The notes beneath the pieces are model-generated. The model was given only the letters and a program-made list of their open reading frames with translations, was not told where the DNA came from and did not search any database. Shown here one piece after another: positions 14,936 through 27,665 of a stretch of 64,000 bases of DNA; the first letter of the stretch is position 1; every line of letters begins with the position of its first letter. The DNA is taken from contig NW_003526944.1 of the NCBI RefSeq assembly GCF_000181795.1, positions 4,014,934 through 4,078,933 on the forward strand, read 5' to 3'. Source of the stretch: Trichinella spiralis (Eukaryota). A program made the position numbers and the translations under genes.

Positions 14936-15573
14936 TTTATTTATAACGCTGTCACAATTGTCACAGTACCGTCAGGCAAAAAAAAATCAAGTCAAGTTTT
15001 CATTATGTAATGTTTTTGATAAAAAGTGTGTTTCTCTGATGATGAATATAGTTCATAAAATGAAAATAAATCAAATAAAATTGCATTTTTACATTTATTA
15101 TGTTACACAAAATGGACAACACATGATATGTCTTTTATATTATGAAAATCAAGTTACATTATAATAAACATTTCATTAATTTAGATTTTTTGAAATATAT
15201 TCTGAGATTTAGTAGAAAACGGTCGCCTTTACTTCATTTTTCAAAATAAGATCAGGTTAATTACCCGATATTTTGATGTTAAAATTTTGTGTTTATTAAC
15301 AAATATGCTTAAAATTATATTAAAAAACATTTTTTTATCTGCTAATGCGAATAAAATACATTTTATTTATTCACTTAATTATTCCTGCATGTTGTTTATT
15401 ACAGTATTATGATTAATATGTGACAGTTTGCTTTGGCTTCGACTGGAATGCTGTTTGAATGATGCTAAAAATGGTTGACGTTGCTTAGTTTCTTGAAGGT
15501 AATCAATAGAATTCATCTTTAGTTAATCATCTGGAAAATATATTAGTCGTTTTAAGATCTTTGCAACATTGCC

Positions 15574-17378
15574 ATGATGAACAATACAACTTCGGTGTCC
15601 GTTTGTAAATTGATATTTCTGCAGCAGACTGGCGAAGCAGGGTAAGTGGAATTTTTTCAATTAAACTTGTGTTAAATTCATGAAAACTTTTTGTATTTTT
15701 TTAAAACACAATTTGAATTCATAAAACGGAGGCAATTTTTGAAATCTAACACTTCAATGCAATGTTTGTAACTGGCACTGGTGGATGAAATTACTTATTT
15801 GAAAACCCTATTAAAGGGGTAATTTTATCGAGATCAAACAAAAATGTCGAACTGTGTAAATCAGCTTATTATTGATTTTTAGTGTTAGGATATTGGATGT
15901 TGCGATAGTAATTCCAAATATTTTGTTCTTAATATTTTTGGTTTACAAATTTCCTCGAATTCGTACAAAACTGACAAATACAAAAAGTCCTGTGTTTTTT
16001 ACATTTTTCTTAATGGTAAGGTTTTTTCCCATTGCCTTTATATACGTGGGCACATCTACCTGCATGTTTTGTTTTTGAAGGTTTATATCTCCACTATTAT
16101 CAGCGTAATTCGAGCTGTGACTGCCATGTTTGCTTCCGGTTTTAATTTTGATGGCAGAATTTTAGTAAAAGTATGCTCTTGCATTTTTATATTTGACAAA
16201 GCATTCATTTTTAAAGTGTTTTTTTGAAATGTTTTCCATTACACTATCATGTAATAATATAATGTAGAATATTTTATGCATTTTACACTGCAAACATTTT
16301 CAGGGTTTGTGGCTTTTATGGCGATTTTTTCTCGTATCTCTAGAATTGGTGGTTCTTCTTTTTGGTCTGTTTTTCGGTAAACATACGTATATTTTAATAT
16401 TATTATGTATAAGATATTTGTCATTTAGGCCATTTGGATAGCAGAACGAGCATTAAAAGAGCGTTAATTGCTACTGGTTTAGTTTCAGGCTTATTTTCCA
16501 TCTCACAAGTGAGCAATTTTATTATATTTGAAGTTGGAAGTGTTTAAATTTTAAATTGTATTTTCAATTTGAATAATTGCAAGCACTTTTTGCAGGCAGG
16601 TTTAGAATTTGATTCAAGCAGTGATCATGGGCCATTTTTAAGTGACAGCTCACGGGTGGTAATTTTCTCTCACGGAGGTGTGATATTTCTGCTGGTGTCT
16701 TCTTCGGTTTTTGCTCTGGTTTGTTTTTTATTTTTAGGAGAGAAATGACCTTAATTTGATTTATTTCAGCTATATTTGTCCGTATGTCTTGCACCTTTGA
16801 CATGTTTACAAAGAATTTTACTTGCTCCAAGTAATTTGTACACTGTTGTTATGCAACATGTGCTCTTGAAAATGATGTATATATATTTTAGAAAGGAAGA
16901 AATTTTACGTTTATTGCGCAATTTTGTGCTCATTATATAGTTTGCACATAGTTGGTTCTGCATTGCTACTTTGCGATGTGCAGTCTGGGTTATGGTAAGT
17001 GAAGTTATTTGTAACTTTCATTATTTATAATTTGATATTTTTGCTTAAAGCATACTTGCACTGCCGGTTTATTTGTATTATGCTTTCTATTTACCAACCA
17101 TGTATTATTCGTTTCTGCGAGGATACGGAGCGTAAGTTGTTCCTGCATGAATTGTTTGTTATCAAGTTAAATGTGCTGTTTACAGAAATGCAAATGAAGA
17201 ACTGTTTTTTTCATACTCTCATCAAAAAGACATGTTCGCCAATCTTGCCGATGTAGACAGTACCCGTGCAACATTTGAAAATTTACATTCACCCAGACTA
17301 GACATTACTGCAGAAAGCTTCTCGGCTCATTCTGCTGGCTTGAAGTACAGCAACGATAATAATCACGAAAAAGTGTAA
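15574..17378 (+). CDS. TPRA1: Transmembrane protein adipocyte-associated 1 (GPR175) homolog
   Basis: VRILDVAIVIPNILFLIFLVYKFPRIRTKLTNTKSPVFFTFF, RFFLVSLELVVLLFGLFFGHLDSRTSIKRAL and multiple TM segments. Confidence 0.9.
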
Positions 17379-17655
17379 ATAAAATGAATTTTTGCATTTT
17401 ATTTTTGTTTCCAGTAAAATTAAACGAAAAATGTTTAAAGTAAGGCAAACAAACCACTTTTACGCATTAAATGCCGAATCAAATTATTACAAACAGAATT
17501 TCAATTTAATATGCAGAGAAAGGCTAAGAAAAAAATATGCAAATGAAAAAGGAAATCAGGAGTTATATCAATGTAAAGATTAGAAACGCAAGGATAGCAA
17601 ATATATAGATGTATTTTGTCGCTAATGCCCACTGGACTGACCAGCAGTCGCTGGG

Positions 17656-18640
17656 TCAGCAACTGTTGCACGATGATTGTCTGTCTCTGTCGGGTACTGC
17701 GTTTAGACGTATTTGATCTGCATTACTATACAAGTCCAAACTTTCTTGACCTTCACGATCTAATGCATCTCGTGCAATTTTTTGAAATGCCATATCGACA
17801 TTGATAGCTTCCTTAGCAGAAACCTCAAAATACGGAATGTCGTTTTTCGATGAACACCAGAACTGTGCTCGTTTAGTACTAACCTGAAAAACATTAAATC
17901 AGTTGGTCATTCTTGAAAATCGTTGGCTGTACTGTAAAATAAATTGCATCACTGAAAGGGTGGGTCATGCATAAAAAACGGTACGCAAGCACGTTCGGCA
18001 AGCATTAGCAACAAGTCTTACTAACCAATAATAAGAAAAAGAAACGAAAAGAAAAAAAAATAAACAATAAAACACGTTAACATCCAACTACTTACGGTGT
18101 GATTTTCCATATCAATTTTGTTTCCAAGCACAATGAAAGGAAAATGTTCAGGATCTCTAGGTGATGCTTGGATTAAAAATTCATCGCGCCAAGAGTCCAA
18201 GGACTTAAATGAGTTCGGATTGGTCACATCGAATACAAGTACGCAGCAATCAGCGCCACGGTAAAACGCTACACCAAGCGACTGAAAACGTTCTTGGCCG
18301 GCCGTATCCCAAATCTATAAAAAAAATACAACACGAGGTAATAACAAATCAAAACAAACAATGCTAATCCAATGCATTAAATAAAAAAAGAATAATAACA
18401 ATGCATACTTGCATTGTGACGAAACGATCATCGACGACCACATCCTTGGTTAAGAAGTCTGCTCCAATAGTAGCTTTATACTGATTGCTGAATCTTTTGT
18501 TCACATATTGATTCATGAGCGATGTTTTTCCAACCCTATTTTCAAACATATCGTAATAAACTAAACGAGTATTTTCAATTCACTTACCCACTGTCGCCGA
18601 GAATGATCACTTTCAATAAAACTTTCTTACGAGTTGCCAT
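17656..18640 (-). CDS. RAB7: Ras-related protein Rab-7
   Basis: [91 protein letters not shown] and EVSAK. Confidence 0.98.
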
Positions 18641-18877
18641 TCTTCAAGTTAAAATCGTGAAAACACTAACTTATCGCCACACTTCACTAAAAATGAGTCA
18701 GCCGACCAATTACCGTAATCGAACATAAACAGCAAGCAGGCATTATTTCAAGTATACTGTAACATACTTGAATCTAGAAAATAAAACTTGCTCGTCACTT
18801 GGTGGTATACTGTACCTTGTCCTCAGTCAGTTGAGCGTGAGTTGTTGAAGGGTAGAGTTGTGCTTTGCGATAGCGAG
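18641..18877. promoter_or_regulatory. Putative bidirectional promoter between Rab7 and the hexokinase-like gene
   Basis: Divergent ATGs at 18640 (-) and 18878 (+) are separated by only 237 bp. Confidence 0.5.
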
Positions 18878-21800
18878 ATGGAATTGCCTCCACGTGTTCG
18901 CGAAGTATTGGAGCCCTTCCACGTACGACGGGAGACGCTGCAGGTGATCAGAGATTTGATGGTGCGCGACTTCCAACGTGGTCTTGAAGTCGGTGCACCG
19001 CCTGCCGCATCTGCCATGCTCCCATCGTTCGTGCCGGTTTTACCTAACGGAACAGGTAAGTTTTTTGAGTGCTAAAGCAATTTTTTGCAATACTAAATTA
19101 AAATTTTACGGAACAGAAACTGGCAAGTCGTTGTCAATGGACCTGAGTGGTAAGAACTTGCGGGTACTGATGCTGCAATTGCAAGGTACCGGTGAGAAAC
19201 CGCAAGTTACCACCACGAACTTCCTTGTACCAAAGGAAGTGATGATCGGCACAGGAGTTGAAGTGAGCTAAATTTTTCAATTATTGCATATCATCTGGAC
19301 GTTTAACAAATTGTTTGTTTTAGCTCTTCGATTTTATGGTCAATTGTTTGCATAAATTTTTGGCCGAAAACAATCTGCTGAGCGAGGAGCTACCGCTTGG
19401 CTTCGTATTCAGTTACCCGGTGGAAATGAAAGGAATACGCAGTGCCAAGCTGTTGTGGTGGACAAAGGGGTTCAACGTCAAAGATTGCTTAAATCAAGAC
19501 GTTGGCACTTTGTTGCAAGAAGCTCTGAATCGAAAGCAGGTGAGATAAACATTTTACGCTTATTTTGAAGTAGCTTATATTCCAACAAAAATAGCCGGTA
19601 AACATGTAATGGGAAACTTCGGCGTCTTTCTCTATTTGTAAAGTTCAACCCAGATAAAAATCAATTCCAGAAGGTCACCGGTTTTCATATTGTCTCAAGG
19701 GCGTTTAGTAGTATGGGATTTGTTTACGTTGTAATTTTAGTATTTCAAATATTTAAATATTAATTTGCTTATAATTGTTTGAAATTCTGTTTCGAAATGA
19801 GTTTTGTTTTTAAAATTTTATTTGCATTCGGAGCAAGCAATAGCATCTGCGTTTTGCTTCAAGCAATCGATAATTTCGCTTAGACGACTATTGTCTAGCT
19901 CAGTCTGTCTGGCACATGCGTCTGTTGTTTCCGCTCAGCGGGTTTTTGGCCGTTTGACCGAATGACCGTTTGACCGCTGTTGATTACTCTCATATTCATC
20001 CGATCGATTCGTCTGATCAAATATATTTATCTGGTGCAGATGTGTAGTGCAGACAAATATGATAGCGTTTTCCCTTTATGCTGATAGGAAGAAGGTCAAT
20101 ACAATTATTTCAGTGGGAAAAACATTTTTTACAACTGATGTATTTTACAATCCTTCTGTATTATAAAATCTACTAGTTGATGATGCCGAGGAAGAGTCTT
20201 TTTAATTTTCAGTTTCAGTTAAAGAAAATTCATAGGCTGTCCAGTTGATTGTTTGAATGTGTTTCATCGCAGCAGAACAAACAATTACCACTGTAGATAA
20301 CATAGATTTATTTATTCACTTATTTGGTGTTTGCAGTTCTAGTGGCAAGTCTGCTTTAATTGAAACAGCAGCTTTATTTCAAATAGACTAATGGTCGAGC
20401 GAAAAGAATCGACGGAGATTTAGTCATAATTTCGATCAGCATGATGTTATTAGTTATTAATATATCATTTATATAATCGATATTTGAATTGCAAATAAGT
20501 TCAGTGCAAAGCAAATGTTCTGCCATTGAAAATTTGTTTAACAGTTGCATCAGTGTACTTTATTTTGACCGTTAAACATTTTAAGTAAGTTAATGAACTT
20601 TCGAAATATTAAAATGTAAAGCAAATATTATTGCCATCAAATTTGACATTTGCGTTTATTGTTGACTTAAGTTATACTGAACAAACTTTGTTATAATTAT
20701 ATTTTATATAATTATGTTGCTCGCGTCGCTTTCGGCAAAAATTTTCTGTCGAAATGGAAAAATCGAGCATAAAAAAATATTTCTAACCGAAACTAGTATT
20801 CGATCTATTTTCGGCTACTGCAAACTGTTAGTGGACAAGTATCTTATAATATGGAGAAAGTTTAATTATTGATTATGCGCAGGCTATGTTGATGGGTGAA
20901 TTTGTTAAATAGATTTTGCAAGAATTTTTATTAAATTTGAATTAATACTAATTTAATATAGATCAAAGTGAAAGTCAAAGCGATTATGAATGACTCAGTG
21001 GCACAGTTGGCATCGGCTGCGCATTGTTTGGGAAAAGACTGCACAGTTGGAGTTGTTGTCGGTGAGTGATATTTATTTGTTATTGACGTTTTAGCATATG
21101 CAAATTTTGTTGTTCGCTACGTAATGTAGGGGAACAATTCTCAAGTTTGTTTGCTGTGTTGAATGAAAAAGAGATGGGCTTTTATTGATTTTTGAGTTAT
21201 TAGCTTTTTTGCATAATTAAGCGGAGTAATTCAGTGAATAGAATGTAGAAAATCTATTACGCTTCTCCACTATGTGGAATTGTTTATTGCTGAGAATATA
21301 TCCTTTCATATATTTTGGGAAGTTCTAGTAGTGCTGTTTACGTTTTATTATTTCTTTCAACTGAGAGAAGATCAGGGAATGTTTGTTGTGGTAAGCGTCC
21401 AAATGGAAAGGGAACAACTGCCTCCTTGGAATGTTTTCAACTGACGTCAGTCAACACGCGGATGCACATTTGTGTTCCGAGATGGGAAATTTGAAATTAG
21501 AAGAAGCATTTTGAGACGGCGTAGAAATGAGCAGACGCCGTCGGCTATGCGCGTCTGTCTCTGGTCAGATCAATTTCACCGCGCGGCAGCTTTTCAACAA
21601 GCTAACTCGCTCAATTGTTGTTGTTGTTGTTGTTGTGAATTTATGAAATTTAATAATCGAAATTCGTAAACCGATGTTTTCGAAATTTGAATTTCTCTCC
21701 TGAAACAAAATCTTAAGAGAACGAAAGGATGTCTATTTTTTCATAATCTGCATTTCTAATGCTTGGGACGTAGTTGAAAGCCGATTGGTCGCTTTCTATT

Positions 21801-23256
21801 GCACGCCAAGCATTCAGTCAATATTTACAAGTTGGCTTCAAGTCTGCTGCTTTTTTCCTTTCTTTTTCTATAAAAACCACTTAACATTACTTCATTGATC
21901 CAGTTTTGATGTTTTTCTATTGTTGAAGTTTTATTCTGGGCAATATTTGTTCTCTACGCGCTGCATGCCAAACTGGATTACTTTTTTGATGCATTTCAAA
22001 TGTTTATATTTTTTTTCTGTATAACCTGAAAATTTTTTTTCTACTGTAGGTTATGGTTGCAATTCAGCTTATTTGGAAAAAGTATCAAGTATCAAGAAAT
22101 TGGACGCGGCTAAATATGATTATCACCATGAATATGTAAGTATCAGTTTTAGCATTGATCCTTTGAAATTACAATGGAAAGTGGGAAAAAATTAGATCCA
22201 AATTTAGCATACTTTAAACAAATTGAAACTGTTTATAAATTATTTGTTATTCTACGTATAGTTTGTTAATTTTATATACTTGTGCAGTTTGATCATTTAT
22301 TGTTTGCATTTATTTATTTGTGTAATAATAGATATTGCTATTATTTTTCAGATGGTTATCGATACAGAATGGGAAGAATTTGGCCGCAACGGAGAATTGG
22401 ACATGATTAAAACAACATACGATAAAGATATTGATCAGCATTCAGTTCACAAAGGAAAACAAATGTAATATTTTTGTAATTTTCCTTTGTCTGATATAAT
22501 TTTGATTTTCAATTGATCTGCTTGCTTTTTTCAGAATCGATAAATTTACAGGCGCATTTTTCTTGGGAGAATTAGTGCGTCTTATAATTGATCAATTTTG
22601 TGTGGATGGCTTTTTGTTTGGCGGTTCAAGGCCGGAACAGTTCGTCACACCGGATGCATTTCCCACAAAATATGTCACAGAAATATTGAGGTAATGTAAA
22701 ATATATGATATCCAAGCTATTTTACTTTTGCCTCTAATGGTGGTTTTTACTTATTATAGTGATGAGTTAGAAGACACACCGTTTGTCAATGTTCGAAAAA
22801 TTATGGATGAACTTCGTATACCAATTCATGGTATTTCTGATTACATGATAATCAAAGAAGTTTGTCACGCGGTTACCGAACGTTCAGCCAGTATTGTTGC
22901 AGCTGGTGAGTGAAATTTTCAGTTTATTTTTATTATAGCGTTGTGAATATTTATTTTTATTCATTTTAAGCAATTGCTGCATTGCTGAAAGTTCAAGGCA
23001 AGAAGAAAGTGGTCGTAGGATTGGGTGGAGCACTGTTTCAGAATCACCCCACCTATTTGGACATGCTCAAAAGTAAATTGGACGAAGTTATTCCCCCAGA
23101 AGTGACTGAAGTGAGCTTATTTTTTTGCCTATACTATATGTGAAATAAAGAAATATTTATTTAATTATCTTTTAGTGGAATGTCTGCGCAGATGAACATG
23201 GCAGTGCATTTGGCGCGGCAGTAGTTGCGTTGGTCACGAAAACGATGTCTTTTTAG
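18878..23256 (+). CDS. Hexokinase-family protein with divergent active-site motifs
   Basis: MLPSFV, DLSGKNLRV, LPLGFVFSYP, WTKGF, MNDSV, VGYGCNSAY, IDTEWEEFG, GKQ..DK, V.ERSASIVAA and GSAFGAA, in hexokinase order across about 9 exons. Confidence 0.92.
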
Positions 23257-23875
23257 AGATATTTTGTTATTTTTTACTGATCTTTGCTGATACAGTTATT
23301 TATTTTTTCAAATTAACTGTCAATGTGAAGAAAATCTCATGCTGAAAAATGAGAAGAATTAATCATTTTATTCAACCGATTCTTATACATTCTCTATCCC
23401 ATAACAACAAATTTTTCATACGAGCAAAAACTCCGTATAGTCCGGATAGCAGTTTTTTTGTTCTTGTCTTCTTCTATTCATTATTTTTGTGATTGCTATA
23501 TAATGTATTTGCTAAAACACTTTGTTCGGCTAGATTTAGGAAACATACATGTAGCTTAAAACTGTTTCCCATTGATGAATTTTATTAATAAACTTATATT
23601 ATTGAACTTTCGTATTGCACTGATTTGCAGGATAGAAGATTTTTTAAACCGAAATAAATTATTTTAATAAATAGCCATATCAATGAACAGTCACAAGAAG
23701 CATAGTAACGCTGACATACGTGTAGTTTGAAAGCGTTTTCAGTGATGAAATTTAATAATAACGAAACATTTAAATAATAACAAACTTTTAAATTGAATTT
23801 CAAATCTTTTAACCCAAATGTTTACATGAGAATGAATAGGGAAATCTTTGAACGATCACGTAATGCATATATTAA

Positions 23876-24718
23876 TTAACACTGACTTCTTTTTGGATCT
23901 TTCTGTTTGTCACTTTCCAATGTTATTGGCTTCTGTGACCAAAATGTCGCCGGATCAGCTGGTATTATACCTCTCTACATGAAAAATATTTACAACAGAA
24001 AACGAAACTTCACTATTTACCTGTTTGGCAAATAACACCAAATCCCTTCGCATAGCATAAGCATCCTCTCCATCAGCATAATATTTTGGCTCTATTTCGT
24101 TTATTCTGAAACGTATTTAAAATTATGAAAAATGATAGCTCTATTTTTTTACCTACTCAAATTTCAAAGTGTGTTCGTATAAACTGAGTGCAGCTCTGTT
24201 GCTCACTCGTACATGAAGCGATACGTATTTTGCATTGAACGTTTCTACCATTGCAATTGCTGTCTGATCCATCAATTTCTGGGCTATACCCAAACGCCGA
24301 TAAGATCTTTTAACTGCCTATAAAAATATCTGTTTAACTACAACACCAGTGTTTAATAAAAAACAAATTATACTAAAGATGTAATGTGACCATGCGGTTC
24401 TTCAGAATCTTCTTCCCTATAATGGCAGAGATGAAATAATCGTTGACACATTTATCACATTTTGAAATAAGCTTACATCTTCGCCAATACATATCCAACA
24501 ATTCGGCGTTTCTCATCTTCGGCTACGTATGAAAGCTGTGGCCATGACAGACCATGATAAAAGTAATACTTCATGTTATAATTTTCTGGTAGGCATAAGA
24601 AATTACAGTGCTGCGTGTTCAACAGATCACTGGGCTTAAATATTGATTGCAATGAATAGAAGAAGAATAAAATGAGTGAAATAATAAATGCACTCACCAC
24701 TGCGCATCGAATGTTCAT
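23876..24718 (-). CDS. NAA10: N-alpha-acetyltransferase 10 (ARD1, NatA catalytic subunit)
   Basis: [77 protein letters not shown] and [11 protein letters not shown]. Confidence 0.97.
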
Positions 24719-26054
24719 GACTGAAAATAGTGCAAATTCTTCTTTCTAAAGAAATATACATTTCATTTTTCAAGATAACTTTAAATTTATTCAGTGAACA
24801 GACAAATCTAATGAAGAACAAAAGCTAAACTGCAATAAATTAAAGGTGAAGCGGATGATAAAATTTCTGCATATTTACTTTATAAATTGTTTGCAGGCGT
24901 TAGTAAAATATATGAACTTTCAATTCAGAAATTTTAAAGCATGAAAACTTTCAAAATTTTTAAAAATTATTCAGTTTCAAGTATTATAAATCAATTTCAA
25001 ACGTCAGACCCGTTAACCACTGCACTGCTAAATATAAAACGTGGACCCTAATGATCGTTTATTGATCCATTAGAATGTGAAACGAACATACTGGATTGAT
25101 ATTACAACACGGAATTTCAAAATAGAATAAAACTACATCTATATTGCTGCTTTTTTTCATAAATATACTAGAAAAATAAAATATATTAATACAACGATGG
25201 AAATCTTGATGATAAATGAAAAAAGAACCACAACCGCACTTATTCGTTAAATATTAAAAATTATTTAACAACATTTGCATTAAAATATTCATTTTTTCAT
25301 AAAAAATAGATTAAAAAAACATATAGCTACAGTATTTAATAATTTTAAAATTAAGATCAAATAGTTACTGTAGTTCAAGATATAAGTTGATAATGAAATA
25401 TTGCAGCTATGTATTTATTACGTGACTTCTAAAGTAAATAATTCTGTAAATTGATCATATTAAATTGGTAATATCTAAAATTAAATAAGAATTATAAAAA
25501 CGAAACTTGTGTATTTGCATTGGTATAGTTTATCACTTACAAATCGGGTGATCATTTGTTATTGATAATAGGTAATTGCAATAATTTCGTATTATTTATT
25601 TTTTGTGGCATTGTGTGAAAATGATAAAATTATTATTTGTAAACTTGTTCTAAGTGGTATAAATATATTTTGAACGCGAAATCGTTTATTTTCATGTATT
25701 TAGTTTCAGGGGTAGGTGATTTTCTTGAATTCAACATAGAAAATACTTTGTCAAAGAATGATTGAATAATTTTGTTGTACGAAATTGTTACATGGAAGAA
25801 ATGATCATCAAATCGATTGTTCATTATTTGCTGGTTACCAGCGGCTCATACAATGTAATTAACGAACGTCCACTATGCAGACCCAGGCACCATGCAGACA
25901 ATACTCGCTAGAATGGCAAGCGAGAGTGTTATTGATCGTTCGTTCGATTGTGGAAGGAGTGGCAGTAGTTCTCCACGATTGAGAAGCATGCTGCAAAGTC
26001 TGAGAAAGTGGCGGCAACAAGATCGACTCGAACCGTGGTGGATGTTGTTACTGA

Positions 26055-27665
26055 ATGTCGCATCAGACGCATCAGAGGAAAAATATCCGCGCCTTTTCTC
26101 TCATCGTCTGCACGTTGGGATACTTGATGTTCGGTGCAGCCGTCTTTGATGCACTCGAATCCGAAACCGACAATCGAAAATTGCAGTTGCTCCAAGAGTT
26201 GATGAGCCGCCTGCGCCACAAGTACAATTTCACTGACGACGACTTCCGAGTTCTGCAGACAGTCATTATCCGGTCTATACCGCACAAAGCCGGATACCAG
26301 TGGAAATTTGCCGGGGCGTTTTATTTCGCCACCGTGGTGATCACTACTGTCGGATATGGTCACTCGACGCCGGCGACGAAGCTCGGCAAAGTGTTCTGCA
26401 TGTTTTACGCTTTGTGCGGTATACCGTTGAATTTGGTCATGTTCCAATGCATTGGGGAACGTTTGAACACGCTGATTGCTTACGTTTTGTACAAAGTGAG
26501 AAAATTTTTCAAATTCAACCAACACCAAGTCACTCACACGCAGATGATCCTCGTCAGCACTACCCTAGGAACTATGGTTATAATGTCCGGAGCTTATCTT
26601 TTCCACAAGTAAGTTTATTCGTTGTTATTTTATTCATCTGTTGGAAATTATTATTAATTTATTTCACCTCGAGCGTTTATTCATCATTGATTGTTGATTA
26701 ATCTCTTCCCTGTTCACATAGAATATTTTGAAAAATTTCCCTCACTTCATTAAGTATTTGATCATTTAATTCAATAGAAAAGAAATTCTTTTTTCAATAG
26801 AATTATTATAGTTTTTATTTTTTTTAATTGTATAATTTTCCTTTCATTCGATTACACGGTGGATTTCATTTCAGTAATTCATAATAATGAGGGCAGTAAT
26901 TTTAAAACACTTGTTTTCTTTGGAAAGCAGTAGAACAATTTAAAATATTATAATGTCCGATTTTATTCTCAACATACATCGTTATATTAGAAAAGGGCGT
27001 TTCATTTCAGATATGAAAATTGGACATTTTTTGAAGGGTTCTATTATTGCTTCATTACTTTGACCACTATTGGCTTCGGTGATTATGTGGCAATTCAAAA
27101 AAACTATGCCTTGGAAAAGCACTTTGATTATATTGTGCTCAGTTTGCTGTTTATGCTTTTCGGTTTGGCATTGTTTTCTGCCTCGGTGAATTTGTTTGTA
27201 CTTCGCTTTATGGCATCCAAGTCCGATTTAGAAAGCCGCAAAGTTGCCGCACTACTTCCCGCCCTACCGGCATTACAGTACACCAGGAAAAGCTACCAGA
27301 ATCAGGGATCGCATCGAATTTCATCGAGGCGCCTTTCACCGTTGATCACATTGTCTGGGTTTTCGTTCAGAAGGCGTTCACAGTCCGAGGGCGATGAATA
27401 CAACTTGAGAGCTTTGGACTGGCAACAACATCCTGAATCCCCCTGGCACAAGCAACGTGAAGCAGTACAACTTGCCTGGTCAGATTTGAATACGGTCGAC
27501 CGGTCGGTTAGTCACGTGAATTTCAACAATTTGCCAACAATATTCGTAAGTAATGCAGAATATGCTGGTAACAAAAAGCCTTTTTATTTGAACAACTTCA
27601 ATTCGACACAACAAACAGCCAACTCAATTTCAAACTGTCGTTTCAAATCCATATCGACAGTTTGA
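26055..27665 (+). CDS. Two-pore-domain K+ channel, TASK/SUP-9 subfamily (exons 26055-26608 and 27011-27665)
   Basis: RKNIRAFSLIVCTLGYLMFGAAVFDALES, QWKFAGAFYFATVVITTVGYGHSTP (P1 with the TASK His after GYG), GIPLNLVMFQCIGERLN and P2 LTTIGFGDYVA. Confidence 0.95.

Noticed and set aside
25929..26537. 202-aa minus-strand ORF
   Set aside because: Antisense to the GC-richer K2P exon 1; no recognisable motif.
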